Below, one piece after another: positions 9,535 through 19,286 of a stretch of 64,000 nucleotides of DNA. The number at the start of each line of letters is the position of its first letter. Positions within the stretch are counted from its first letter, which is position 1. The translations under genes were made by a program, and so were the position numbers. The notes below the pieces were generated by a model. That model made no database searches. It was not told where the DNA came from and saw nothing but the letters and a program-made list of their open reading frames with translations. Source of the stretch: an uncultured Acidobacteriota bacterium (GTDB taxonomy: Bacteria; Acidobacteriota; Vicinamibacteria; Fen-336); contig OY970399.1 of assembly GCA_963720545.1 (NCBI GenBank), forward strand, positions 448,001 through 512,000, read 5' to 3'.

Positions 9535-10560
9535 TCAATGGCCGCCGGCGAAATGCTGGAAGCCGTGCGGCTGCAGGGCGCTGCCCGTGCGCGCGTCCAC
9601 GACACCTTGCGCCTCGCCCGCCACGACCCCGATGACCGTGAGGCGCGTGCCGTGGCGGCCGGCGAGCTCCATCAGCGCCGCGAAATGCTGCGGCGGCACC
9701 GCCAGCAGCAGCTGGTAGTCCTCGCCGCCGTGCAGGGCCAGTCCCAGCGCGTCGAGACCCAGGCCACGCGCGACGCTCGCGGTGTGCGCCGCCACCGGCA
9801 GCAGCGCCGCGTCGAGGCTGGCGCCGGCGCGGCTCTCGCGGCACAGCGCAAGCAGGTCGGCGGAGAGGCCGTCGGAGAGGTCCATCGCGGCACTCGCAAG
9901 CGCCGCCTCGCCCACTGCGGCGGCGAAGGCGGCCGGCGGTTCGGGCGTCCACTGAGCGCGCAGGCAGGCGGCGACGGCGTCCTCCGGCAGGCCGGCCATG
10001 AGATCCCCGCCCGACTCCAGCAGCAGCAGGCCGGCAGCCGCGCCGCCAAGCGTCCCGGTGACTGCGAGCAGGTCGCCGGCCCGCGCGCCGCCGCGGGTCA
10101 GAATGGCGCCGCCGCCGGGCTCGCCCAGCATCGCGAGGTCGATCACCATCGGGCCGTCGATCGCCGCCAGGTTGCCGCCGACGAGCGCCACCGAGTAGCG
10201 GCGGCTCGCCTCGAGCAGGCCATCGTAGAGCGCCTCGACGAACGCAACCTTAGCCGTGCCAGGCAGGCACAGCGAGACTGTGGCGTAGCGCGGCCGGCCG
10301 CCCATCGCGGCAATGTCGGAGACGTTCACCGCGATGGCCTTGCGGCCAAGATCCGTTGCCGAGATCGAGCGCAGCCGGAAATGCACATCCTCCACGAGCG
10401 CATCGGTGGTGATGAGGGTGAGCGCGGACGTGGCGACGGCCGCGGCATCGTCGCCGAGTCCGATGACGACACCCACGCCGGCGCGGCCGGGCGGATCGAG
10501 CCGCTCGCGGAGGCGGGCGAGCAGCGCGCGCTCGCCGAATTCCCGCAGCGTCGTGGTCAA
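9535..10560 (-). CDS. thiL: Thiamine-monophosphate kinase
   Basis: GLGDDAA, TTDALVEDVHF, GRKAIAVNVSDIAAMGG, MDLSDGL, GGEDYQL. Confidence 0.93.
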   Translation of the reverse strand: MTTTLREFGERALLARLRERLDPPGRAGVGVVIGLGDDAAAVATSALTLITTDALVEDVHFRLRSISATDLGRKAIAVNVSDIAAMGGRPRYATVSLCLPGTAKVAFVEALYDGLLEASRRYSVALVGGNLAAIDGPMVIDLAMLGEPGGGAILTRGGARAGDLLAVTGTLGGAAAGLLLLESGGDLMAGLPEDAVAACLRAQWTPEPPAAFAAAVGEAALASAAMDLSDGLSADLLALCRESRAGASLDAALLPVAAHTASVARGLGLDALGLALHGGEDYQLLLAVPPQHFAALMELAGRHGTRLTVIGVVAGEAQGVVDARTGSALQPHGFQHFAGGH

Positions 10561-10563
10561 CGA

Positions 10564-10741
10564 CGACTCCCCGAAAATGCCGTGTGGTGCGTGACCATGA
10601 ACCTAGTCACAAGGTGGGAACCCTGCGTCCACTTCAGGCTTCCTCGACGCGGAGGCGTGCACACCGTGGAATCGACTCGGGTCCCCTGGGTTACGACGTT
10701 GGTTCAGGACTACAAAGCCATCACGAACAACACAGGGAGCC
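10564..10741 (-). ncRNA. ssrS: 6S RNA
   Basis: ~180 nt directly downstream of zapA (canonical location); ends complementary (CUCCCUGUGUUGUUCGUGA with UCACGCACCACACGG..GGGGAG), GAACC/GGUUC inner stem; ends approximate. Confidence 0.8.
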
Positions 10742-10754
10742 GACGCCGCCGATG

Positions 10755-11048
10755 TTACACCACGTCCTTGAGCGCCACGTCCAGTTCCTTGACGAGCGCT
10801 TCGGTGCGCTTGCGCCACGCCGCGGGGTCGCCGCGGTCCTCGCGCAGGCGGTGGCACTCGTCGGCGAGGTTGAGGGCGGTGAGCACCGCGGCCCGCACCG
10901 TGTCCACCGACGCGGCGCTCTGGCTGATGTTGCGCATCTTCTTGTCCACCTGCGACGCCAGCTCGCGGATGTAGTCGGGATCGCTGCCGGCATGGACCGA
11001 ATAGCTCTGGCCGAAGATCTCGACCTGGATGCTGGCTTTGTCGCTCAT
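10755..11048 (-). CDS. zapA: Cell division protein ZapA
   Basis: VEIFGQSYSV..YIRELASQVDKKM..AAVLTALNLADE. Confidence 0.9.
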   Translation of the reverse strand: MSDKASIQVEIFGQSYSVHAGSDPDYIRELASQVDKKMRNISQSAASVDTVRAAVLTALNLADECHRLREDRGDPAAWRKRTEALVKELDVALKDVV

Positions 11049-11060
11049 GGCAGGCTCCGC

Positions 11061-11357
11061 TTAGGACTCGAGTTCGTCCAATAGTGACACGATCCGCGCC
11101 ACGCGCTGCGCGACTTGCTCGCGTTCTGTGCGCAGCGCCTTCAACTCGGCGCGCGCGGCCGCCAGATCGCGAGCCGCGGAGCCGCTCGTCTCCTTGTCCT
11201 TCTGCGCCGACGCGAGCCGCTCCGCAAGCGTCGCCTGCGCGGCCTGCGCCTGCTGCGCCTGCTGTGCCAGCGACGCGTTTTCCTTCTTCAGGCGGCGCAG
11301 CGCCTCGGCGGCGCGCGCGACGCGTTCCTCGAGGTGCTCGAAGGTCTTGTCTTCCAT
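11061..11357 (-). CDS. ZapB-like coiled-coil protein
   Basis: FEHLEERVARAAEALRRLKKEN..ER..V..R...; position between pheT and zapA. Confidence 0.65.
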   Translation of the reverse strand: MEDKTFEHLEERVARAAEALRRLKKENASLAQQAQQAQAAQATLAERLASAQKDKETSGSAARDLAAARAELKALRTEREQVAQRVARIVSLLDELES

Positions 11358-11369
11358 TGCTGTCGTCCC

Positions 11370-13436
11370 CTATCCCTCGCCGCGAATCTCGGCGCCCGCC
11401 GCGCCCAGCGCCGCCGCCACCGCGGCGACGGACGCCTGGACCTCGTCGCCGGTGAGCGTCCGTTCCGGGTGCTGATAGCGCAGGCGCAGGGTAAGGCTCA
11501 CCTTACCCGGTGACAAGGGCGAACCGGAATAGCGGTCGGCCACTTCCGCATCGAGAAGCAGCGGCCCGGCGCTGCGCCGCACGTCCGCGAGCCACTCGGC
11601 CGCCGGGCGCGCGGCGTCGATGACGAGCGAAAGGTCGCGCACCACGCCGGGAAAGCGCGGCAGCGGGCGCGTCTCGTGCATCGCTCCCGGCATGGCAAGC
11701 AGCCCCTCGAGGTCGAGTTCGCCGATGACCACGTCGCCACGCAGGCCGAGCGCCGCGCCGAGGTCGGGGTGCAGCACGCCGGCATAGCCGAGAACGCCTG
11801 CCTGCCACGCGACGAGCGCCGCCTTGCCCGGATGCAGGAACGGCGGCGGCGCGCCTGTGTCGGCCCGCAGCGCGGGCACGCCGAGGGTGGCCGCGAGCAG
11901 CTCGACGATGCCCTTGGCGTCGAAGAAGTCGGCTGGTCGCGGCTTTTCCGACCAGCTCGGGCGCCGCAGCGAGCCGGCCGCTAGGAAACCGACGCGGAGG
12001 TGCTCGTCCGGGCGCGCGGCGGCGTCTCCATGACCGTCGCGCGGCGTGAACACGTGCCCGATCTCGAAGAGCGCCACGTCGCGCCGTCCCTGCCGCAGGT
12101 TGGCCTGGAGATTGGCGAGGAGGCCGGGGAAGACGAGCGAGGTGCGGAGCACGTCGCGATCCTCCGAGAGCGGGTTCTCGAGGGCGACCGCCGCGGCACC
12201 ATAGGCCGCGGCGCCGCGCGACGACACAAAGGCGTAGTTGATGTTCTCGGTGTAGCCGGCGCCGCTCAGCACCTCGCGTACCGCGCGCTCGCGCGTCTGC
12301 TCGTGCTTCAGCCCGGTGGCGAGGCGCGCGGAGCTGCGCGGAATCGCCGTGGGCAGCGCATTGAGCCCGACGTGGCGGGCCACTTCCTCGATGAGGTCCA
12401 CCTCGCGCTGCACGTCGGAGCGCCAGCTCGGCACCGTGAAGGGCCGGCTCGCGCCGGCACGTGCGCCTGCCACAAAGCCGAGCTGCGCCAGGATCGCTTC
12501 ACACCGCTCCTCCGTGACCGCCATCCCCAGCACCCGTTCGACCTGCGCGAAGCGCAGCGTGAGGACGCGCGGGGTGCGTGGCGCGGCGGAAACGTCGATC
12601 GTGCCGGGCCGTGCGGAACCGGCGCCGAGCTTTTCCAGCAGGTTGGCGACGCGGTCGAGGGCGACGAGCGGCGCTTCGGGATCGGCACCGCGTTCGAAAC
12701 GGTGCGACGCCTCGGTGTGCATGCCGAGCGACTTGGCCGAGCGGCGGACGGCGAGCGGCGTCCAGTACGCCGCCTCCAGGACGATGGTGGTGGTTGCGTC
12801 CGACACCTCGCTCGAGGCGCCGCCCATGACGCCGGCCAGCGCCAGTGCCTGGTCCGGACTCGCGACGACCCCTTGTTTCGGACCCAGAGTGCGCTCGGCG
12901 CCGTCGAGCGTGCGCAGCGTCTCGCCGGCACGTGCCCAGCGCACCACGAGCGCCGACTGCGGGATGAGCGCCGCGTCGAAGGCGTGGGTCGGCTGCCCCA
13001 TTTCGAGCATCACGTAGTTGGTCGCGTCCACAACGTTGCTGATCGAACGCACGCCGGCGGCCGCGAGCCGATCCCGGAGCCAGCCGGGCGAGGGTGCCAC
13101 CCGCACGTCGAGCACGCGCGCGCAGAAGCGCGGGCACAGGTCGGGCGCTTCGATCTCGATACGCACTGCCGCACTTGCCGGCGCGCCCTGTTCGGCAACC
13201 TGGCGCTCGACCCCCAGCAGCGGCTTGCCGTAGAGGGTCGCGACCTCGCGCGCCACACCGTGGACGTTCATGCAATCGACGCGGTTGGTGGTGATGTCGA
13301 GATCGAGGACGACGTCCGCGCCGCTGGGCACCACCGCATCGACCGCCAGGCCGCAAAGCGTCAGGTCGTTGGCCAGGCGCTTCGCGTCCACTTCGAACGC
13401 GACGTACTCGCGCAGCCAGGAGAGCGGGATCTTCAC
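11370..13436 (-). CDS. pheT: Phenylalanine-tRNA ligase beta subunit (short form lacking B2 OB-fold)
   Basis: GTG start overlapping pheS stop; KIPLSWLREYV, ITTNRVDC, GQPTHAFD, RFERG, DLIEEVAR, RDLS..RTLT. Confidence 0.95.
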   Translation of the reverse strand: MKIPLSWLREYVAFEVDAKRLANDLTLCGLAVDAVVPSGADVVLDLDITTNRVDCMNVHGVAREVATLYGKPLLGVERQVAEQGAPASAAVRIEIEAPDLCPRFCARVLDVRVAPSPGWLRDRLAAAGVRSISNVVDATNYVMLEMGQPTHAFDAALIPQSALVVRWARAGETLRTLDGAERTLGPKQGVVASPDQALALAGVMGGASSEVSDATTTIVLEAAYWTPLAVRRSAKSLGMHTEASHRFERGADPEAPLVALDRVANLLEKLGAGSARPGTIDVSAAPRTPRVLTLRFAQVERVLGMAVTEERCEAILAQLGFVAGARAGASRPFTVPSWRSDVQREVDLIEEVARHVGLNALPTAIPRSSARLATGLKHEQTRERAVREVLSGAGYTENINYAFVSSRGAAAYGAAAVALENPLSEDRDVLRTSLVFPGLLANLQANLRQGRRDVALFEIGHVFTPRDGHGDAAARPDEHLRVGFLAAGSLRRPSWSEKPRPADFFDAKGIVELLAATLGVPALRADTGAPPPFLHPGKAALVAWQAGVLGYAGVLHPDLGAALGLRGDVVIGELDLEGLLAMPGAMHETRPLPRFPGVVRDLSLVIDAARPAAEWLADVRRSAGPLLLDAEVADRYSGSPLSPGKVSLTLRLRYQHPERTLTGDEVQASVAAVAAALGAAGAEIRGEG

Positions 13437-14524
13437 AAGGCGCCGAACTGTTCGAGGAAGCGCAGGTCGCCGGTGTAGAGGTTGCGGATGTCGTCGATCG
13501 CGTAGCGGCGCAGCGCCATGCGCTCGATGCCCATGCCGAAGGCGAAGCCCGTGACCGTCTCGGGATCGTAGACGACGTGCCCGAGGCGCTTGTTGACGGC
13601 CTCGAACACCGCCGGGTGCACCATGCCCGAGCCGAGCAGCTCGACGAAGCCGGTGAACTTGCACACCCGGCAGCCTGGCCCGCCGCACACGACGCAGCCG
13701 AGGTCCACTTCGACCGACGGCTCCGTGTAGGGGAAGAAGGACGGACGGAAGCGCACCGGCAGCGATGGGCCGAACATCCGCGACAGGAACGCCTCGACCG
13801 TGCCCTTGAGGTGCGCGAGCGTCACGTCCTCGCCCACGACCAGGCCCTCGATCTGGTGAAACATCTGCGAGTGCGTCGGGTCCTCCTCGTCGCGGCGGAA
13901 CACCTTGCCCGGACAGATGATGCGCACTTCGGGCGGATGCGGGTTCTCGAGCATGTAGCGGATCTGGCCGGTCGAGGTGTGGGTGCGCAGCAGCAGGTCG
14001 GTGCGGCCCTGCAGGTAGAACGTGTCCTGCATGTCGCGGGCCGGATGCTCGGGAGGCATGTTGAGCGCCTCGAAGCAGTGGAAGTCGTCGTCGACCTCGG
14101 GCCCGTCGTAGACCTCGTAGCCCATGGAGACGAAGATGTCTTCCATCTCCTCGCGCACCGCCGTCAGCGGATGGCGCGCGCCGCGCGCGGGCCGGCGTCC
14201 CGGCAACGTGATGTCGACGCGCTGTGCGGCCAGCCGCGCGGTGCGCTCGACTGCGGCAGCGCCGCCTTGAAGCTCTTCGAGGCGCGCCTCGATCGAGCCC
14301 TTCAGCTCGTTGAGCGCGGCGCCGGCGGCTTTACGCTCCGCTGGCTCGAGCGAGCCGAGCGTCTTCAGGAGCTGTGTCAGCGCGCCGGACTTGCGTCCGA
14401 GGAACCGGTCGCGCAGGGCGCCCAGCTCCTTGTCGGCCGGTTGCCCCGCCGCGACCCTGGCGGCGGTCGCGGCTGCCGCCGCAAAGAACTCGTCGCGGAG
14501 CGCGCGCACCCGGTCGTCCGTCAT
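13433..14524 (-). CDS. pheS: Phenylalanine-tRNA ligase alpha subunit
   Basis: HPARDMQDTFY, LRTHTS, FHQIEGL, RFRPSFFPYTEPS, GFAFGMGIER; CxxC..CxxC insertion. Confidence 0.97.
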   Translation of the reverse strand: MTDDRVRALRDEFFAAAAATAARVAAGQPADKELGALRDRFLGRKSGALTQLLKTLGSLEPAERKAAGAALNELKGSIEARLEELQGGAAAVERTARLAAQRVDITLPGRRPARGARHPLTAVREEMEDIFVSMGYEVYDGPEVDDDFHCFEALNMPPEHPARDMQDTFYLQGRTDLLLRTHTSTGQIRYMLENPHPPEVRIICPGKVFRRDEEDPTHSQMFHQIEGLVVGEDVTLAHLKGTVEAFLSRMFGPSLPVRFRPSFFPYTEPSVEVDLGCVVCGGPGCRVCKFTGFVELLGSGMVHPAVFEAVNKRLGHVVYDPETVTGFAFGMGIERMALRRYAIDDIRNLYTGDLRFLEQFGAL

Positions 14525-14540
14525 CGGCCCTTTTTCGCGA

Positions 14541-14942
14541 TCAGGCCGTGGCGGACTTGGCGGGCGCCGGCCGGGCGCTTGCGGACTTCGCGTTCGCCGC
14601 CTTCGCGGCTTCGACGAGCTTGGTGAACCCGCCCGCATCGTGCACGGCGATCTCGGCGAGCGCCTTGCGGTCGAGGCCGATGCCCGCCTTGGTGAGCCCC
14701 GACATGAACTGGCTGTAGGAGATTTCGTTCAGGCGCGCGGCGGCGTTGATGCGCACGATCCAGAGGCGGCGGTAGTCGCGCTTCTTGACCTTGCGGCCGA
14801 CGTAGGCGTTGCGGCCGGCGCGGTCGACGGCTTCCTTGGCGGCGCGGTACAGCTTGCCCTTGTTGAGGAAGAAGCCCTTGGCCAGGTGCAGCAGCTTCTT
14901 GCGTTTCTCGCGGCGGCTGCTGCCTCTTTTTACTCTCGGCAC
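14541..14942 (-). CDS. rplT: 50S ribosomal protein L20
   Basis: [38 protein letters not shown]. Confidence 0.97.
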   Translation of the reverse strand: MPRVKRGSSRREKRKKLLHLAKGFFLNKGKLYRAAKEAVDRAGRNAYVGRKVKKRDYRRLWIVRINAAARLNEISYSQFMSGLTKAGIGLDRKALAEIAVHDAGGFTKLVEAAKAANAKSASARPAPAKSATA

Positions 14943-15066
14943 TGGGTGAGACCTTTCGGTTCCGGCACGGACCCCAAATGGTCCGGCCCGCTGCGCTTAC
15001 AGGCGGCAACGAGGCCCGGGCCGCCCTGCTGGCGCCCCTTGAAGTTGCTGAATTATACCCGAGGCG

Positions 15067-15279
15067 TCAGCCGGTCAGCATCTTGCGCACGTTGGGCGTA
15101 TCGGCCTTCGAGACCAGGGTTGCCTTGCGCAGGCCGCGCTTGCGGCCGGTGGCCTTGCTCGTCAGGATGTGGCGCTTCATCGAATGGCCGCGCTTCACCT
15201 TGCCGCTCGCCGTCAGCGAGAAGCGCTTCCTGGCCGCGCGCTTGGTCTTGAGCTTCAGTTTCTTCTTGGGCTTTCTCAT
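15067..15279 (-). CDS. rpmI: 50S ribosomal protein L35
   Basis: [30 protein letters not shown]. Confidence 0.95.
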   Translation of the reverse strand: MRKPKKKLKLKTKRAARKRFSLTASGKVKRGHSMKRHILTSKATGRKRGLRKATLVSKADTPNVRKMLTG

Positions 15280-15863
15280 TCCGCTCCTCGGGTTGTGGCC
15301 TTCTCAGGCTTCTCGGCCTTCTCGGCCTTTTTCGGCTTGACCGGGGCAACTTCCTTCTTCGGTCCGAGGATCTGGACCATGGTGTTGCCTTCCTGCTTGG
15401 GATGCGACTCGACTATTGCCGTCTCGGTCAGCTCGCGCGCGAGCCGCTCCAGGATGCGGCGCCCGATCTCGACGTGGATGATCTCGCGGCCGCGGAACAT
15501 GATGGTCGACTTCACCTTGTTGCCTTCCAGCAGGAAGCGCTCGGCGTTGCGCTTCTTGAACTGGAAGTCGTGCTCGTCGACGCGCGGCCGGAACTTCACT
15601 TCCTTGACCTGGATGTGCCGCTGGTGCTTCTTCGCCTCGGACTCGCGCTTCGCCTGCTGGTAGAAGAACTTTCCGGAGTTCATGATGCGGCACACCGGCG
15701 GCGTTGCCGTGGGGGCGATCTCGACCAGGTCGAGACCCTTCTCCTCGGCAAGCATCAGCGCCTGGGCTGGCGGCATGATGCCGAGCTGCCCGCCGTCGTC
15801 GTCGATGACGCGCACTTCCTTGGCACGGATGCGGTCGTTTATGCGAACCGCTTTTTGATCTAT
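15276..15863 (-). CDS. infC: Translation initiation factor IF-3 (probable ATA start)
   Basis: [44 protein letters not shown]; no ATG/GTG/TTG near the expected start; ATA at 15863 after GGGGGTG. Confidence 0.93.
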   Translation of the reverse strand: MDQKAVRINDRIRAKEVRVIDDDGGQLGIMPPAQALMLAEEKGLDLVEIAPTATPPVCRIMNSGKFFYQQAKRESEAKKHQRHIQVKEVKFRPRVDEHDFQFKKRNAERFLLEGNKVKSTIMFRGREIIHVEIGRRILERLARELTETAIVESHPKQEGNTMVQILGPKKEVAPVKPKKAEKAEKPEKATTRGAE

Positions 15864-17671
15864 TGGACACCCCCGGGAATGACTGCCTCCTCCTGCGTCG
15901 CGCGCGTGCTGACGAGCCGGGCGATCTTCTCGCCCAGCGCCGCAACGGTCATGGCGCCGAGGTCGCCGGCGTGGCGATGCCGCACCGCGATCTCCCCCGA
16001 CTCCACTTCCTTGTCGCCGACCACGATCATGTACGGCACCTTCTGCACCTGCGCTTCGCGAATCTTGTAGCCGAGCTTCTCGGCGCGGTCGTCGACATGC
16101 ACGCGTGCGCCCGCCGCGCGCAGCTCGGCGGCCACCGCCGCGGCGCGCGACTGGTGGCGCTCCGCGACCGGCAGCACCGCAACCTGCACCGGTGCCAGCC
16201 ACAGCGGGAACGCGCCGCCGTGGTGCTCGATGAGGATGCCGAAGAAGCGCTCGAGGCTGCCGAGCAGCGCCCGGTGCACCATCACCGGCGGGTGCGGCTT
16301 GCCGTCCTCGCCGATGTACTCGAGCGCAAAGCGCGCCGGGTTGTGGAAGTCGACCTGGATGGTCGAGCATTGCCAGGCGCGCTCCAGCGAATCCTTGATC
16401 TTGATGTCTATCTTCGGCCCGTAGAAGGTGCCCTCGCCCGGGTCCACGACGTAAGCGAGCGAGCGCGTCGTCAGCGCCTGCTTGAGCGCGTCGGTCGCGA
16501 TCGCCCAGTTCTCTTCGCTGCCGCTCGCGTTCTGCGGGCGCGTCGAGAGGTAGATGTCGTAGCGGTCGAAGCCGAAGGTCGTGAGCATGCCGGTGACGAA
16601 GTCGAGGACCCGCAGGATCTCGACCTGCAGCTGGTCCATGCGGCAGAAGACGTGCGCGTCGTCCTGGGTGAAGCCGCGCACCCGCATCAGGCCGTGCAGC
16701 ACGCCGGAGCGCTCGAAGCGGTAGACGGTGCCGAGCTCGGCGTAGCGGAACGGCAGCTCGCGGTAGCTGCGCAGGTGCGCGCGGTAGATGGTGATGTGGA
16801 ACGGACAGTTCATCGGCTTCAACTGGTACGGTGCGCCTTCGATCTCGATGGGCGCGTACATGTTGGCCTTGTAGTACTCGGTGTGCCCGCTGGTGTTCCA
16901 CAGCTCGAGCTTCGCGATGTGCGGCGAGTAGACGAGGTCGTAGCCGCCGGCGAGGTGCTGGTCGCGCCAGAAGTCCTCGATCTGCTTGCGGATGAAGCCG
17001 CCCTTCGGGTGCCACAGGATGAGGCCTGCGCCGGTCTCTTCGGTCATCGAGAAGAGGTCGAGTTCGCGTCCCAGCTTGCGGTGGTCGCGGCGCTTCGCCT
17101 CCTCGAGGCGGTGCAGGTGCAGGTCGAGCTCTTCCTTCGTGAAGAAAGCGTAGCCGTAGATGCGCTGCATCGACGGGTTGCCTTCCTTACCCTTCCAGTA
17201 TGCGGCGGCCGGCGACGGGTTGAGCTTGAAGGCCTTGATGTGCGAGGTCGAAGGCAGGTGCGGGCCGAGGCAGAAGTCGATGAAGTTGCCCATGGTGTAG
17301 CACTGCACCGTGTCGCCGGCCTTCTCCTCGATCAGCTCGCACTTCAGCTTCTGCCCGAGCTTCGCGAACAGCTCGAGGGCTTCCGCCTTCGGGATGAGCT
17401 TCTTCTCGATGGGCCGGTTCTGCTTGACGATGTGCGCCATCCGCTTCTCGATGGCGGTGAGGTCCTCGGGGGTAAACGGTTGCTTCACCAGGAAGTCGTA
17501 GAAAAAACCGTCTTCGGTGGGCGGCCCGATGCCGCACTGGGCCTCGGCGTGGAGCTCCGTGACCGCGGCGGCCAGCAGGTGCGCGGAAGAGTGCCGGTAA
17601 ATCTCGATCGGGGAGTCGGCAGGCTTCGTCTCGCCGGAGGGTCCGACGTATTCGGACGACACGGACTCCAT
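15860..17671 (-). CDS. thrS: Threonine-tRNA ligase (no N-terminal TGS domain)
   Basis: RHSSAHLLA, DFCLGPH, RDHRKLG, KPMNCP, GLMRVRGFTQDDAH, FYGPKID, HRALLGSLERF. Confidence 0.97.
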   Translation of the reverse strand: MESVSSEYVGPSGETKPADSPIEIYRHSSAHLLAAAVTELHAEAQCGIGPPTEDGFFYDFLVKQPFTPEDLTAIEKRMAHIVKQNRPIEKKLIPKAEALELFAKLGQKLKCELIEEKAGDTVQCYTMGNFIDFCLGPHLPSTSHIKAFKLNPSPAAAYWKGKEGNPSMQRIYGYAFFTKEELDLHLHRLEEAKRRDHRKLGRELDLFSMTEETGAGLILWHPKGGFIRKQIEDFWRDQHLAGGYDLVYSPHIAKLELWNTSGHTEYYKANMYAPIEIEGAPYQLKPMNCPFHITIYRAHLRSYRELPFRYAELGTVYRFERSGVLHGLMRVRGFTQDDAHVFCRMDQLQVEILRVLDFVTGMLTTFGFDRYDIYLSTRPQNASGSEENWAIATDALKQALTTRSLAYVVDPGEGTFYGPKIDIKIKDSLERAWQCSTIQVDFHNPARFALEYIGEDGKPHPPVMVHRALLGSLERFFGILIEHHGGAFPLWLAPVQVAVLPVAERHQSRAAAVAAELRAAGARVHVDDRAEKLGYKIREAQVQKVPYMIVVGDKEVESGEIAVRHRHAGDLGAMTVAALGEKIARLVSTRATQEEAVIPGGVQ

Positions 17672-17736
17672 TAACGAATCAGCATCTTGCGGCGACGAGC
17701 CTCAAAACCCTCTTTCTGTTCCTGACCGCGGCGGCT

Positions 17737-17811
17737 TGGTAGGCGCGGATGGAATTGAACCATCGACCCCTTCCGTGTCAAGGAAGTGCTCTACCACTGA
17801 GCCACGCGCCT
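17737..17811 (-). tRNA. tRNA-Val(GAC)
   Basis: AGGCGCG..GCTCAGTGGTAGAGC..CTTCC-TTGACAC-GGAAG..GGTTCAATTCC..CGCGCCT-ACCA. Confidence 0.96.
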
Positions 17812-17832
17812 GTGTAATCCGTTGAGCATGTG

Positions 17833-17862
17833 AGAGTAACAGCCCATTGCGCGGAGTGTCAA
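17833..17862 (-). promoter_or_regulatory. sigma70-type promoter for tRNA-Val/thrS operon
   Basis: Minus strand TTGACA-18 bp-TACTCT with extended -10 TG, ~20 nt before tRNA. Confidence 0.7.
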
Positions 17863-17878
17863 TCAACGCGCCGCCGGG

Positions 17879-18063
17879 TCAGTGCGCGGGCTCCGCAGCC
17901 GGCACGTGGTCGTAACTGATGACGCGCGCGAGGCGCCATACTCCACCCTCGTTCCGCCAGATGTCGATGAGCTTCCCGGTCCCGGTGAGGCGGTCGGGCT
18001 CCCCCTTGCGAACCGCGAAGAAGCGATGGGTGCCCATCTGAAGGGCGCCGAAGTTGCTTGATG
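17879..18063 (-). pseudogene. 3' remnant of NTF2-like/DUF4440-family gene
   Basis: NFGALQMGTHRFF..GTGKLIDIWRNEGGVWRLARVISYDH* resembles the C-terminal half of that family; no 5' half. Confidence 0.55.
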
Positions 18064-18074
18064 TCTGAAGGTGA

Positions 18075-19286
18075 CTAACGAACCGGGCCTGCCGGAGTTC
18101 CCGGAATCGCGAGCGGGCGCATTTGCGCGAGGTACCAGCGGTGGATTTCTTCGCCGGCCGCGCGGTGGCCGCGTGTGTCGAAGTGGATGTCGGCGGCGAG
18201 ATAGAGGTTCTCGCCGCTGCGCAGCACGCGTTCGCGCAACGGCGGCAGCAGGTCGAGGAACGGCACCTGCTGTTCGCGCGCCCACACCTTGAGGTACGCC
18301 TGCGGAAAGTCGATGTCGTAGGCGGCGCTCGCGGGCTGTGCCGCGTACACCTGATCCCGGAACGGGATCGAGACGACGCCGACGTTGAAGCCTGCGCTGC
18401 GGCCGAGGGCGCGGATGCTGTCGAGTTTGGTGACGAGCGCGTCGCGTGCCTGCAGGATGAAGGGCGGCTGCGGCAGCTGCGACCAGAACGTGAAGGTGGT
18501 GAAGCGGCGGCTGACGCTGAACTCGAGCCACGGGTTCTGTGCGCCGAAGAGCCCGTAGAGCCGATCGAAAGTGCGCAGTCGCGACAGCACCCGGCGCACC
18601 GTTTCGGGATCGCGCGCCGGCGGCGACACCGTGTCGTCCTGCTTCAGAAACGCCGCAGGCACACGGCCCGCGAGCCGCTCCTGGTTCAGCTCGACGCCAC
18701 CGTTCCTCAGGTCGTACTTGTCGACACCAAGGTAGGTGTCGCGAAAATCGTTGCCGGAGAAGACCGTGACGATGACGTCGTCGGGTGCGAAGGCGAGCAC
18801 GTCCTCGCGCAGCTGCAGCTCCATGTCGTCGACGCCGTAGCCGCCAACGCCGAAGTCGAGCACCTCGAAGCGCCTCTTGTTGAGCTTCTCCTCGAGGACG
18901 CCGGCAAAGCTCGTCTCGATCGACTCCGACCAGCAGCCGAACGCGAACGAGTCGCCGAGGATCGCCACGCGGCGCCGCCCCTTCGGCTTCTCGAGCGATA
19001 CCTCGTGCCAGCGCATGCCATGGCTGTTGGTGTGCACCGCGACCGCGACGCCCTTGAGGCGCGCGACCCTGTCGAGGTTCGGTGCCAGGCGATACGACCC
19101 GGTGCCGTGCGGGTTCGCGCGCATCAGCTGCAGCGGCTCGCCGTAGAGCCGGCGCGCCTCCGCGCGGCGATCGACGCGTGCCAGCACCAGTTCCGAAACG
19201 GTCAATGCGGCGGCGAATCCCAGCAGCATGCTGACGACACGGAACACGGCGAGCCGCCGGCGTGACACGGGCGCCGTGGCGCTCAC
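18075..19286 (-). CDS. Membrane-anchored SGNH/GDSL hydrolase-family protein
   Basis: N-terminal TM; TNSHGMR, ILGDSFAFG, GVGGYG, GND, DIHFDTRGH. Confidence 0.85.
   Translation of the reverse strand: MSATAPVSRRRLAVFRVVSMLLGFAAALTVSELVLARVDRRAEARRLYGEPLQLMRANPHGTGSYRLAPNLDRVARLKGVAVAVHTNSHGMRWHEVSLEKPKGRRRVAILGDSFAFGCWSESIETSFAGVLEEKLNKRRFEVLDFGVGGYGVDDMELQLREDVLAFAPDDVIVTVFSGNDFRDTYLGVDKYDLRNGGVELNQERLAGRVPAAFLKQDDTVSPPARDPETVRRVLSRLRTFDRLYGLFGAQNPWLEFSVSRRFTTFTFWSQLPQPPFILQARDALVTKLDSIRALGRSAGFNVGVVSIPFRDQVYAAQPASAAYDIDFPQAYLKVWAREQQVPFLDLLPPLRERVLRSGENLYLAADIHFDTRGHRAAGEEIHRWYLAQMRPLAIPGTPAGPVR

Noticed and set aside
15864..17015. 579-aa ORF suggesting a long infC fusion
   Set aside because: Upstream part is an alternate frame within thrS; IF-3 similarity starts near 15863
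17672..17736. thrS anticodon-mimic operator or T-box
   Set aside because: Spacer too short and stems too weak
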